A DNA stretch of 63,023 nucleotides, counting the filler, from Atractiella rhizophila (taxonomy: Eukaryota): assembly GCA_021432655.1 (NCBI GenBank). It is 8 parts of 4 records of this genome, joined end to end, with 100 filler letters (N's around TTAATTAATTAA, not from the genome) between each part and the next. Parts side by side here need not be neighbours in the genome. Positions count along the whole stretch, not along the records: positions 44,231 to 54,297 come from MU271294.1; positions 54,398 to 60,529 come from MU271298.1; positions 60,630 to 63,023 come from MU271302.1; 5 more parts are not named here. One strand, written 5' to 3'. The notes beneath the pieces were generated by a model that was not told the origin of the DNA, did not search any database, and worked only from the letters and a program-made list of their open reading frames with translations. The position numbers and the translations under genes were made by a program. This document shows positions 49,783 to 61,870 of this stretch, piece after piece (position 1 is the first letter of the stretch; each line of letters begins with the position of its first letter).

Positions 49783-52173
49783 CAACCACCTCGTCAGCCC
49801 GCTTTCCAAGTGTATTCAGAGGACAACTTTGATACTCCACCTCCTCCATCACTGAGAAAACCTGCTTTTGAAGTGTTCGCAGAGGAGGATGCTGTTCCCC
49901 AACCTCAAATGTCGACCCAAAAGCCTGCTTTCCAGGTCTTTAGTGAGGAAGACGAGGATGAGAAAACTCCTCCAGCATCGCGACCAGTACGGAATGTCGT
50001 CGAAAGCCATAGTGCAACTCCTCCAGGCAGAAGACAGCCGGAAGACCAATCGTTTGATACTCCAATGACGCCCGAGCAGCAACGAAGGAATAAAAACTTT
50101 CATCTCCCATCTCCTACGATGATGACTGCCGATGCACTGGCGAAAATTCACGTTTCCAGTCCAACGATGGTTACAAAGGCGGCCGAACGAGCTATCGACA
50201 ATCTTTTTGCCAGTGACGCAACACAAACCTTTGCATTTGACGGGCACAATTTTAAAGAAGAGAGTTCTGAAGATGGGCTTTCATCGACTGACGAAGAAGG
50301 AGAGCCGGAACATGTGGTCTCCAGCCAAAGCGGGATGACTTCTCACATGAACGAAGTTGACGAATCGATCTACGACCATTATACGCCTCCGGCACCTGAA
50401 ACGCACCCACTTCAAGATGAAGAGTCGATAATGGAAGAAGCTTCTGCGTATCAACAGTACCAGCAGATGCACAGAGGAATGGGAGGACGAGGTCTCGCCG
50501 GAGTACCATTCGAAAATATGATGCACATCATGACCCCCATTACTGAGCGAACACAAGAGTTCACGGCGTGGTCTCAACACACCAGTGTATACAAACCGCG
50601 GCCTCTCGACCTTATTGATGAAGATCAAGTGGATGATGACGAGTATGAGGAGAATGCGTTTATCAATACAAGGGAAGAGTCCCAGGGTGGGCACCGTCTT
50701 GTGTCATCAGCACTACCAGAAGGAGATGGAAGCGTTTGGAGGGATACGACGTGCAAGGACGGAGACATCAGCATGCCTCGACAGCGATTTAGTGACGAAG
50801 GCGTGACCTCCATTTCCATTAGGAATGGCAGTCCTAGTTTTACCAATCAATCCCACAGATCGTTTAACCCTGATGGGACTTCTCTACAGCTTCCGGAAGG
50901 TCTCACCATCGCTGGCAATCAGACGGAAGTCACGGACAGCATGGTCGTCGTTGACAAGACTTTGGGCTCTCTTCAACCTCTCCGATTCAGCAACCCGTGC
51001 GATCCATTTGATCCCACCTTGCGCGAAGCGGTCATGAGGATGGCCAGCCATCTTCCTTCAGAATGGGACAACTTCTTCAGTCTGTCCAATGATGTTGCCG
51101 ACAAGCTTGCAGGCTTGCAGAAAAAAGCGAAGAGCAGGAAGTCTGGCAGTAACGGACATTCGCGCGTCGACGAGCGGAGTTGGCCGCTAGAGCTTGGGGA
51201 CCAAAACTTTTCCGTCAAGAGCAAAATTGGAGAAGGAGCATTTGGATCTGTCTTTCTGCTTGAAGCAGAGGACTTAGATGGAGATTGCGTCGCTGTGAAG
51301 ATTGAGAAGCCATGTCAGCCCTGGGAGTTTGTTATTCTTCAGCACATCCACCGACGGCCACAGGATCGACTCCGAACGTCAATCATTCGACCTCAATCGT
51401 TTTACGAATACAGCGATGAAGGCTATCTCCTTCTCGACTATTGCGAACACGGAAGTCTGTTGGATGTGGTGAATCGCGCGTCGGAGTACAATCTTGGGCC
51501 AAGCAACGGCGGCCTGGAGGAGGTTCTCGCAATTTTCTTCACCATCGAGCTGCTGCGCGTCATCGAAGGCCTTCATTCAGCTGGATTCGTGCACGGGGAT
51601 TTCAAGATTGACAACGTTATGCTTCGTCTCGACGAAATACCCGGTGGTTCGAAGGCTTGGGAAAGTGTTTATAGTCCCTCAGGTTCGGGCGGTTGGGCCC
51701 ACCTAGGAGTGAAGGTGATTGATTTTGGAAGAAGCATAGACATGTCGCTCTTTCCGCCTTCCCAGACCTTCAATTCAGACCTCCAAACGGATAAATACGA
51801 CTGCATCGAGTTGCGCGAACCACGTCCATGGTCTTATCAACCTGACTACTACGGTCTCGCCGGAATCGCGTACTGTCTCCTCTTTGGGAAATACATGGAG
51901 ACGAACGCGGTCGTTATGTCTGACGGCTCGAAAAAGTATACCATCAATCAGACTCTGCGTCGATATCATCAAGTCGATCTATGGACACGTTTCTTTGACA
52001 TCCTCTTGAATCCTACTACAGCTCGCGACGACGGATCCCTTCCCATCACAGACGAACTTGGGGAGATTAGGGAGAGCATGGAAGCTTGGTTGACGAACGC
52101 TTCGGCATCGTCAAACAGTCGTATGAACCTCAAGTCCCTCTTACGAAAATTGGAGATATCCATTTCTTGTTAA
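49783..52173 (+). CDS. BUB1: Spindle checkpoint kinase Bub1 (C-terminal portion; N-terminus not in the window)
   Basis: IGEGAFGSVF, VAVKIEKPCQPWEF, LAIFFTIELL, HGDFKIDN, KVIDFGRSIDM and PWSYQPDYYGLA, plus CD1-like SPTMVTKAA...NLF. Confidence 0.92.
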   Translation, partial: QPPRQPAFQVYSEDNFDTPPPPSLRKPAFEVFAEEDAVPQPQMSTQKPAFQVFSEEDEDEKTPPASRPVRNVVESHSATPPGRRQPEDQSFDTPMTPEQQRRNKNFHLPSPTMMTADALAKIHVSSPTMVTKAAERAIDNLFASDATQTFAFDGHNFKEESSEDGLSSTDEEGEPEHVVSSQSGMTSHMNEVDESIYDHYTPPAPETHPLQDEESIMEEASAYQQYQQMHRGMGGRGLAGVPFENMMHIMTPITERTQEFTAWSQHTSVYKPRPLDLIDEDQVDDDEYEENAFINTREESQGGHRLVSSALPEGDGSVWRDTTCKDGDISMPRQRFSDEGVTSISIRNGSPSFTNQSHRSFNPDGTSLQLPEGLTIAGNQTEVTDSMVVVDKTLGSLQPLRFSNPCDPFDPTLREAVMRMASHLPSEWDNFFSLSNDVADKLAGLQKKAKSRKSGSNGHSRVDERSWPLELGDQNFSVKSKIGEGAFGSVFLLEAEDLDGDCVAVKIEKPCQPWEFVILQHIHRRPQDRLRTSIIRPQSFYEYSDEGYLLLDYCEHGSLLDVVNRASEYNLGPSNGGLEEVLAIFFTIELLRVIEGLHSAGFVHGDFKIDNVMLRLDEIPGGSKAWESVYSPSGSGGWAHLGVKVIDFGRSIDMSLFPPSQTFNSDLQTDKYDCIELREPRPWSYQPDYYGLAGIAYCLLFGKYMETNAVVMSDGSKKYTINQTLRRYHQVDLWTRFFDILLNPTTARDDGSLPITDELGEIRESMEAWLTNASASSNSRMNLKSLLRKLEISISC

Positions 52174-52347
52174 ATCCGTCGGGCTCTTTCGTTCTTTCCA
52201 CTTCCGTGATAAAACAGGGAAATTTCGTATGCAAATACCTATGTATAATTACAAGCATGCAGAACACTTCCAAGTTGCTGTTGGTTCGGCTCGTCACATT
52301 GAACTTCTGTGAAAGTGTATGAGAAAGTGTAGGGTAAATAGCTCTTC

Positions 52348-54297
52348 TTAATTCGATCTACGTTTCTTCTCTACCAAATTGGCGACGTGATCTATGAACT
52401 CTTGGGTATTCACATAATGCTCTGCACGATCAAAACTAGTTAGTGACTCAAGCACGAACATGTCACAAGCATACCTGGCTTCATCTTCTTCCCATGAACC
52501 GCAAGAGCAAGATCTGTCGAGTCTGGATGAGCTAATCTTGTTCAGAAAATCGGGCAGGAACAAACCTTTAGTCATGACATTATCTTGATCCACCGCCGTC
52601 ACACAGCTCTCCTCCACCATTTTCGCGAACTGTATGAGCTTGTCATTCCCATCCAACTTGCCACGATGAATCAATCCTCGGGTCCACGCGTAGATGCTCG
52701 CAATACTGTTAGTGGATGTTGGATTACCCTTCTGATGCTCGCGGTAATGCCTGTTGGAACGTTAGGGGAAATGAAAAGCTGCATGACTTTGACTTACCGT
52801 GTAACGGTACCTAAAGACGAGGAATGTAGACCCTTCAGCATTATTTAGCAACGGAAACGCGATGACGAACCGTGAGCAGCCTTTCACCTGAATGTCAGCA
52901 TTGCTCGTAGCGTTTAGAAAGGCAGACCGTACCTCAGATTCCATAATCTTTCCATCAGGTGTTAATAGCTCGCTGCTCATCAATCCGAGTGATCCGTAGC
53001 CCTGCAGAAGCTATCAGCACTGCATTCGTAAGCAGCAGTAGAGTTGTACCTGAGCGACGATGTCGCTTTGCACATCGCTTGGCGAGGCACAACAATCAGC
53101 GCTGAAGTTAACTTCGAGTATGAAACCTACCCATCGTAATTCTTGAGAGCAAGAAGGAATCCACTACGGAGGAGTGAGCGCATGAGACAACAATTCAGCG
53201 AGTAACGAACCCCTCCGACTTGATCATGAACGCGACGAGGTCATCGATCAGGCGATGCTCATACCAGATATTCAGCTTCTTGAAGTCCTGAGCGTAATGC
53301 CTTTCCAAATACTTGTAAGTAAGCGTGCTTCACTGCAAAAGAGTGAAAGCTCACGTATCGTAAATTTCCTGAAAGATGTCCTTCCACTGTCCATCGTACA
53401 CCTTCAATATCGTATTCTTGGTCGCAAGGTACATAGGCGTCTTCTTTTCGAGAGCCATCTTGAAGGAAGAGTGAGCAAAGGACCGGACTGACTCTGCGGT
53501 GTTATACATAGCCTAAGCAATTGCACAACGACTCCATCAATCGCACGCGGACCGCGAAAGAGCGAAAAGCGCACCAGTCCCATCCCCGGCCCGTCAAAGT
53601 CATTGACATCAAACCTCCTTACCTCCCCACCGTCCTTGGGCGTAAAGACGAGCTCCAGCTTTCCCGCAGAAGGGACAAGCATGTCAGTGGCACGATACTG
53701 ATCACCGTGTGCGTGTCTCCCGACTACTATCGGCTTCGTCCATCCAGGGACCAGCCGTGGGACCTTCTCGAGGAGGATTGGCGCACGAAATACTGTGCCG
53801 TTCAAGATGTTGCGGATGGTGCCATTAGGCGACTTCCACATCTTCTTCAGGTTGAATTCTGTTATCCCAAAGGATTAAGTAAAAGGGGGTAGGTGAGAGG
53901 CGGGCGTGAAAAACGAACCTTTTACTCGTGCTTCGTCCGGTGTGATGGTCGCGCATTTGACACCAACACCATACCTCTTGATGGCTATCTCCAACTTCAT
54001 GAGTTAGCAGTCTAACAGAGCAGAACAGAAGTCGCACCTTCAGCGGCGTCAAGCGTCACCTTGTCCTCTGTATAGTCACGGTGCTCGATTCCCAAACTGT
54101 TTGGACACACAAGGAAATTCGATCACGGCGCTTGTGTGATAAGCAGATGCTCACTCATGATATTTGAGATTGATGTCCAAATGAGGCAGTATTAGCTAAG
54201 ATGACCACACTTTCATCTCTTTCCTTCCCGACATACATAAGAAGGAGACACACCTTTTCTCTGATGGATTGCCAAATTATCTTTCATTTTTCGCGTC
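52348..54297 (-). CDS. IDP1: NADP-dependent isocitrate dehydrogenase (5' end in gap)
   Basis: [57 protein letters not shown] and [23 protein letters not shown] across many short introns. Confidence 0.93.
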
Positions 54298-54397
54298 NNN
54301 NNNNNNNNNNNNNNNNNNNNNNNNNNNNNNNNNNNNNNNNNTTAATTAATTAANNNNNNNNNNNNNNNNNNNNNNNNNNNNNNNNNNNNNNNNNNNN

Positions 54398-55558
54398 GCG
54401 TCGTCTGCAAAGCTTCGGAGGCAGTCCAGAGGATCCACACCTTGACGAGAAGGATACAAGCTGACGGAGTTGATGTCAGGTTTATGGCAAGGGTCAAAGG
54501 CAATGGGGATTGGGTTCTGGGGAGGATGAGTTTCCGGAGCTCCGAGGTAATACCCGCCGTCTGCAAAGCTTCGGAGGCAGTCCAGAGGATCCACACCTTG
54601 ACGCGAAGGATATAAGCTGACGGAGTTGATGTCAGGGTCAGGGAAATGGTCACCACCTGGGTGAGGGTTAGCTGTGACCAGCATGGGCTTGCGGCAATGT
54701 CAGTCCTCATCCAATCAATAAGAGCCACTAAATCTCATACATTCTCTCCTTTATTGCCCTTTTCGGCACATCGGTCCTCGCGATTATCCTCTCTCATCTT
54801 CCCGTTTGCAACGGGACCCCTATTATCTTGTTCTTCCTTCCGTACACTTCTCTCTACCTCTTCAAACCGTGGTGCCCCTGAGATGTCCGCCTTGTTGCTC
54901 TCCAGCGTAGCAAACTTTCCTTGTAATTCTTTGAGTTGCTCCTGTAGATTACGGAACTCTGCGTAAATGATCAGTGATATGACTGAGAATAGCGTGAAAT
55001 ACCTCTATCGCAATCCTTTGCATTTCCAGCAGTCTGAAGAAAGATACCATTGTGACCTGTCAAGTTGGATGAGGCACTGGGTCGGACGACTGAGAAGGAT
55101 TCTTCTCGCTGTTCGTGTTCAGTTCTGTTGACGATGCTGTCAACATTCTTTGGCCAATGTTTAGGAAAGTAGGATGAGGAATTTGAGACGGATTGGGAGG
55201 ACGCAATAAAGCTATTCGGAACTGATGGGGAATCGCGGACGGCGGCATCGCCAAGTAGGAGCGCTTTGTCCCTCACAAGCTGCAATAACGTTCCCCGCAA
55301 CTCTTTGTTCTCCTCCATCAGTCTTTGGTTCTGCTCCTTCCACTTTTGGTTCTCACCCTCCAATGTTTGGTTCTCCTCCATCAGTCTTTGGTTCTGCTCC
55401 TTCCACTTTTGGTTCTCCTTCTTCAACTTTAACTCACGCAGCGCTACATAGATAATCAATGACATCAGTGACAGGACGGTGGCGTGCAGACAGACCGTCT
55501 TTATGCTTGAGAGGCTCCCGGTGGCACTTAGCTTCGAACCCTCTCCTACACCCTTCAT
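54398..55558 (-). CDS. Hypothetical multi-exon coiled-coil protein with internal repeats (limits uncertain; 3' end in gap)
   Basis: ENQKWKEQNQRLMEEN twice (63-bp period), a second heptad segment near 54960-54900, and PDINSVSLYPSRQGVDPLDCLRSFAD twice (156-bp period). Confidence 0.45.
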
Positions 55559-56554
55559 TCAATCACACGAAAGGATGCAAAAAGAATCACTCACTCAAGA
55601 CACGGTTTACATGGTATTTCCTTGTCACCAATCAGTCACCATCACAGTTCTTCAAGACTAAAATACCTTGTCACACCCAATTCGCCTTCGTGCGCATTCC
55701 TACGCCGTCAGTTGGTCACGTCTTCCTTAAACCCATACATCCACATACCGTGCATCTGTCACTCTCTTAAGTTCCGTGGATCCACAAGTGTGAGATAGAA
55801 GACATACCTCAGCTTAGACCGGCTTCTGGTAATATTTTTATGTGACTGAGCCTCTTCTCCCTGCATCGTGCAAGTTCAGCGACCAGAGGATGAAATGAGC
55901 TCCTGGGGGGCACTCAAATATGTTCTGGGGTCGAACTTGAAACAAAATTCAGTAGAAGGTTAGATAGCTAATAAAGAAGAAACACCAGTGTTAAGAAATG
56001 TCGTGATCTTCCGCTTCTCAGAGTGCGGACCTCACTTTTTCTTCTTGGATTCCACTTTATTTGTATCACTGTTTTGAGTTCCGACTAGATCCGAGCGGCC
56101 GAAAATACAGTTGGAAAAAGATTAACTCAAAGTTCACAATCTCAAAAAAGTGAAATGTGATAGGGAATCAAGGAATCTTAAAATCGGATATCCACGGTAC
56201 CTTCATCTGTCGTTGATGTCCACAATTTTGGCGATCAACTATAAAGTATATATCTTAGAGTGCATGATAGAACAAACTAGGCAAAATGGCATCAAGCCGC
56301 AACTGATGTTGGCATATCAGGATTAGTCACACTAAGAGTCCAAAATATTGCTCCAGAAAGATACCTTAAAACTGCTAAGAATGCTTCCGGCTGCGTATTC
56401 TTCACGTTCAATCCCATCCAAATGAGGTCAAAGGGATAACAGAGGTCATCTAGACAACTCCACGTTGTGCAGGACGCTTTATGCCATAATCGATCGCACT
56501 GGAAGAGTTTGGCGGCGCCGCTCCTTCCACTTTCAACTCCTTCTGTCTTTCCCT

Positions 56555-57420
56555 TCACTCTTCTAGGTCTTCATTCATAGCCAACCCCCCAATATCTGCA
56601 TCCTGTGGAGACCCTATATCACCTCTAGCAGCCCCAGCTCCATGCACAAGCATCCAAGCTGCACGCTGCTCAGTCCTCTCTTGAGCCAGGTACCGGTCGT
56701 TCTCCCATTTGAACACTGCATCCACGTCATCATCATCCGGTCGGGATACCCAGTTGTGAAATCTAGATTGTGGATGCCAATTTGGGAGTGTGTCGCATGG
56801 GGATGTTGAGATCGGAGGTGGAAAGGCATGGAATAGGTCCAAAATGAAAGACCGTCAGTATTCAGGCAGAGAGCACAGGTGTGAGGGGACATTAGTGGAT
56901 GGGTTGGACTTCGTGATTTTCTTCTTTCCCGTTTTCTTGTCGAATGAAACTCGCGCTTTCGCATAAAGGAAGCTTGGTGGACGATAGCCACTGCCGCAGA
57001 TCCCTCCAACACTAATACCCATCCCTTTCTTCTTGAGAGTAACGGAGCAGCTACCGTCATTCATACCACAAAATCCACACGTATAGAATGCCAACTAACG
57101 GCAAGTCAGCGTGTCATCTCGAAGCTATGTGAGACAAATACCGGCACATCCCTCTCCATGATTTTTGACAGATTAATCGGTGCAAGGGGAAGGAGATGAG
57201 TAGGAAGAGATATGTGAGACGAATGGTGATACGCCAGTATGTGTGTGCAGCGACGTGGGAGCGCATTTGAAGGAGTTTGACGACAGCGTTGCAGCCAGTG
57301 CACCTTTTAGTTTCGTCCAGAGCAGGGGCACGAGAGAGAAGGGCGGAGCTAGCCGTAGGTAAACAGATTCGAGTTGTCCCTACAAGAAGCACCATTAGTC
57401 CCAACTAAATCTGAAGACGA
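56555..57420 (-). pseudogene. Frameshifted Cys/His zinc-cluster gene remnant (probably transposon-associated)
   Basis: CTGC...MRSHVAAH, TCGFCG...C, STNVP / CALC...FWTYSMPFHLRSQHP split across three frames. Confidence 0.5.
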
Positions 57421-58048
57421 TGGAACATCAGAAGAGTGTGATATACCTGGCTGATAAGGATAAGCTCTTAACTTCTTGATCAAACTCCTTGGTTTGTTGA
57501 AAGACCTTTGCCAAGATCTCATCCGACCTAGATTTCTTGAAGACCCACATCAGGTGACAATGTCCATCCTCTTCAGCACGAAGTTTAATCGTGAATCCAT
57601 TCCTTCTAAATGCCTCCTACAGCCACCAGCAAGGCACCCAGTATGGGAGTCAAATACATACTTTTCTGCCATCTTGATCTCATCCAAATCGATTCCAACA
57701 CCAAACAGCTGGCCAGTCTGTCGGAGAGTTGATGTGGGAAAGAAGACATTCAGGTTATGCTTGACTTTGGCATGGGTAGGATAAGTGTGAGAAAGACGGA
57801 TGTGAGTGTTTGCTTTATGTCGCCAGACCATGGTGCGAGATGGCAGTTGATCAAAATCCTTTCGGAGAACACCAAGGGGAATTCGCTTGCCATATGCCTT
57901 GACTATTGTTGCAACTTTAATGAGCCTATCACTATATGACCACATGTGATATAAGCCATCTGACGCTCTAGTGATGAGCTCTGTTATAGCCTTCATTCCC
58001 ATCTTTGCTAATCTAGACCATCAAATAGGTTCAGAAATATGAGAATAA

Positions 58049-58124
58049 TGTAAGGATCTAAGACTAGGAGTAGTTGGTGGTCAATAATGAGCACCAACAC
58101 TCCTAGGCAAAACTAAACTACATA
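58049..58124 (-). mobile_element. Inverted partial copia LTR (3' end)
   Basis: Reverse complement of the LTR 3' portion at 59786-59916, lacking that copy's internal duplication. Confidence 0.8.
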
Positions 58125-59916
58125 AAGTCAGATGGTTCTATTGAGTGCTTCAAGGCCAGATTCGTCATCAAGGGGTTCTCCCAACTCCCTGGATTCGACT
58201 ACTTTGATACTTTCAAATGGGCGACACTTAGGACAATTCTTTCACTCGCTTGTGTCTTGGACATGGAGTTGGAGTCAGTGGATATCTCTACGGCATTCCT
58301 TAACGGCGATATGGATGCAGAAGTCTATGCACAACAACCAGAAGGTCATCCACAGGGCCCTCCAGAGTACGTTCTCAAGCTAATCAAGGCCATCTATGGC
58401 ACAAGGCAAGAAGGACGTCAATGGCAGAAGAAACTCGATAAGGAACTCGTGGATATGGGATTTAAGAAGATCAAGAGCAACTCTAGTCTGTGGATTTACT
58501 CAAAGGGGACATCAAAGTACTTGTCCCAATCTTTGTGGATGATATTACGATCGCTAGCACATCAAAGGGTGCTGTAGAGGACTTCAAGAGGGAGTTGGGG
58601 AAGCGATTCAAACTCAGAGACCTTGGACCAATGGAATTCCTACTTGGGGTTCGTATTGGGAGGGATAGAAAGCGAAGAATGATGTGGTTGGATCAAGAAC
58701 AGTATGTTAAGGACCTCCTAGAACGCCAACAGATGGACAACTGCAACCCTGTCCTCACTCCTCTCAACGTTGGACACGATCTCAGCAAGCAGGACTGCCC
58801 TCAGACAAAGGAAGAACAAGAAGAAATGCGCACAATCCCTTACAGCAACGTTGTTGGCTCCATGATGTACTTGGCCATATCCACTCATCCAGATATCGCT
58901 CATGCAGTCTCTGTACTTGGAAAATACCTCTCTAACCCAGGAAAGAAGCACTGGGAAGCGGCCAAGCATCTTCTACGATACCTCAAAGGCACTCAGAACT
59001 TAGGAATCGAGTATTCTGCAGCTGGTTTCGACCTCAAGCAACCTTTTCATGCCTTCTGCGATGCAGATTTTGCTGGGTGCAAGGATACTGGACGTTCTCC
59101 GGGAGGCTATCTCCTCAAGATAGGCAATGGAGCGGTCAGTTGGAGCAGCAAACTACAATCCCTCATTGCTCTTTCTACTACCGAAGCAGAATATGTCTCA
59201 GGAGTCTCAGCAGGTCAAGAAGTTGTCTGGCTAAGGAATCTTCTAGAAGAAATTGGCTTCACTCCTCAAGGTCCTACAGCTCTCTTCACAAACAGTAGCA
59301 GCGCTCTCCAGGTATCCAAGAACCCTGAACACCATGGTCGAATGAAACACCTGGACCTTCGCTTTTATTGGCTTAGAGATGTTGTTGAGATGGGCAAGAT
59401 CAGTCCAGTGTTCTGTCCAGGGGTCAATATGCCAGCGGACCTCCTTACCAAGGCACTTCCGGTTGCCAGTGTGGAAAAGTTTCGAGTTATGATGGGTTTG
59501 CGCCCCTACCCAAATGTCTGAGGAAGTTATGGGGGGCAATAAAAATTCCTTTCCTCCTCAATGGGGTTATAAGACGCCGCTTTAAGCGGTGCGAGGACTT
59601 TCGCTCTTCTTTTCACTGAAAAACTAATATGCTTTCTGCTTTATATCGAGTATACATTGTACGAATTCGGTGGGAGATTCTCTGGATGTGGTGGGTGCGT
59701 CAAGATACAGCTGCCCAGGTGGGAGTGTTAGTTGTAGTGTGTTGTTTTGGTCATCTGCGTCCTGTGACGCATATGAGTCATCACTATGTAGTTTAGTTCT
59801 GCCTAGGAGTGTTGGTGCTAATTATTGACCACCAACCACTCCTAGGTATATCTCTCTATACTTCTCTAATGTGCTTATTATTGACCACCAACCACTCCTA
59901 GCCTTAGATCCTTACA
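58125..59916 (+). mobile_element. 5'-truncated, degenerate Ty1/copia LTR retrotransposon (RT-RNase H, PPT, 3' LTR 59726-59916)
   Basis: FKARFVIKGFSQ, VDISTAFLNG, IFVDD, DADFAG, SWSSKLQ..IALSTTEAEY and ADLLTKAL; frameshift near 58500; PPT AGGTGGGAG followed by TGTTAG...CTTACA. Confidence 0.95.
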
Positions 59917-60463
59917 TGGTAGCGAGAGCTGGTGGCTAGGATTACACTTTGCCACACCCATCACCTTCCCCCTCCTCCAGACCACATTTTCACCCCTCCT
60001 GCACTCAAATTTCGCTCAATTTCGATGATCAAGACAGATCTGTGATCCTCAGACCTTCCTTTACCACCTTAGAAGGTGTCTGCCTACTCAGGAATCAAGA
60101 AATATCGAAATCTATCACCTTACCACCCATCACCTGCCTCAAAACGCACTTTGCTGCCCTGGACTCAAACTTTGACGAATTTGGACGTTAAAGGGCTTAT
60201 GTTGATCGTGAAACACTGCGCTACAACTTTACTAGGAACCTTCTTGGTCACAATAAGCGAAAATTTCGAGATAGCCACTCCATCACCTCCTTCATACCCC
60301 CAAAAGGCATTTTTCGACTTTTTGAACTCAGATCTGGTCTGATCTGGACAATTTTATTGCTACTAGATTCACAATAGGCTATTCTACTATCCTACAACAG
60401 ATCACCTTGATCAGAAGAGTCAAATTTTCGAAATTTGCCACCATCACATCATCATCACATCAG

Positions 60464-60529
60464 TGTAAGGATCTAAGGCTAGGAGTGGTTGGTGGTCAAT
60501 AATAAGCACATTAGAGAAGTATAGAGAGA
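60464..60529 (-). mobile_element. 3' end of another copy of the same LTR, opposite orientation, running into a gap
   Basis: TGTAAGGATCTAAGGCTAGGAGTGGTTGG... is the reverse complement of 59851-59916. Confidence 0.85.
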
Positions 60530-60671
60530 NNNNNNNNNNNNNNNNNNNNNNNNNNNNNNNNNNNNNNNNNNNNTTAATTAATTAANNNNNNNNNNNNNNN
60601 NNNNNNNNNNNNNNNNNNNNNNNNNNNNNAAAACGGGAGAATAATATGGCATATAGCAATTTCATCACGTC

Positions 60672-61000
60672 TCAAGTGTCACGTGTCACACTTTCGTCGC
60701 TTCTGACCAGCTCTGCAACGTCATCCTCCAATGTCATCAGCTCTATTTGCAAACTCTGTAAGCTGAGATTTCCGAAGGAAGCGCGCAATGTGATCCTGAG
60801 CATGATAAGGTCGTGTATCTCAGTATCTGGACAATGACAGCAAATACCTATGGTATCATGAGCACCAGAGAAGATGTGCTTGACTCCCACAGCACAACAT
60901 ATAGCCCTGAAAACCCTGAAAGCAAGTGAGAACACTTTGGGGAGACCCGTTCTGAAATAGCCAGAATATCTCGAGCCAGAAAAGACAAGTTGTGCAAGTT
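60672..61000 (-). mobile_element. hAT transposase C-terminal dimerisation domain remnant
   Basis: FW...PKVFSLAFRVFRAICCAVGVKHIFSGAHDTI...DTEIHDLIML resembles the P-x-L..LA...S.VERxFS hAT signature with CpG-type changes. Confidence 0.6.
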
Positions 61001-61336
61001 GTGCTTTGACTCTTACTTCAAAAGGAAAGCGGATCAGCTCCCAAGCCAGGGTTACATGCTTGAAGAGATGGTTAATTTACTTCATTACTCTATTTTCATC
61101 TGCTCCCGCCTTTGGACCATGACCGATAGAAGCGAGATAATCGAGAATGGAGAGAGTCGAAGACGTTTATATGTTTGAGGAGAGGAAGGATGTGTTATCG
61201 GTGCGAGCGCTCGTCTTGTTTCATAAGCTGCAGCCTCAATGTGTCAGTTTTGTTGAAGAATCTAAGAACGCTGAAAAGGAAGCACGGACCATCGCCTCCA
61301 CTGTCCTCCTTTGTAACCCATTCCTCCAGCTGCAAA

Positions 61337-61870
61337 ATGCCTTCCGCCACCGTAACCCGTAATACGACGGATTTTCTGGATGAAAACGGACGGGACGTGG
61401 AGGATGGCGTATCGTATCGTATCGTCCTGAAGAACAGTCAAGCAGGACGGACCGGTACGGTACACGTATCGGACACGTACGTCTGGGACGGTGCGATCCG
61501 ATTGCCATCCCTAGTAACAATCGTGCTGTGGTACCGCTGTAAAAGGGCCGTTTGTGAGATGACGTTGGTGGATTATTCGTTCTGGGAAGTCTCAGTGTTC
61601 GCAGGCTTCAACGATACAGAGACCGCAGAGGGCCTGTGGGCACAGAAGTTGAAGCCTCCTTCAATGAATGAAGTGATTCAAACGAAAGATGTGGGGAACA
61701 AACCCTGTCAAATCTGCAGTGCTCAGGTGTCCGGACATGCTTCGTTTGACGCAAACTGGACGCTCCCATCCACGAAAGCGAGTTTAACGAACTGCCTCCG
61801 GACAGGAAACATGACGAGAGCCATCTCCCCTCGCGATAGAGCTGCGAAGGGAGGCTCTGCGACATACTAG
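61337..61870 (+). CDS. Hypothetical protein (possibly spliced)
   Basis: Good ATG context (CAAAATG) and an open frame with protein-like composition; no motif recognised. Confidence 0.3.
   Translation: MPSATVTRNTTDFLDENGRDVEDGVSYRIVLKNSQAGRTGTVHVSDTYVWDGAIRLPSLVTIVLWYRCKRAVCEMTLVDYSFWEVSVFAGFNDTETAEGLWAQKLKPPSMNEVIQTKDVGNKPCQICSAQVSGHASFDANWTLPSTKASLTNCLRTGNMTRAISPRDRAAKGGSATY

Noticed and set aside
57550..58002. 150-aa minus-strand ORF next to the copia relic
   Set aside because: No recognisable domain, lies among degenerate elements, and cannot be linked confidently to the zinc-cluster remnant.
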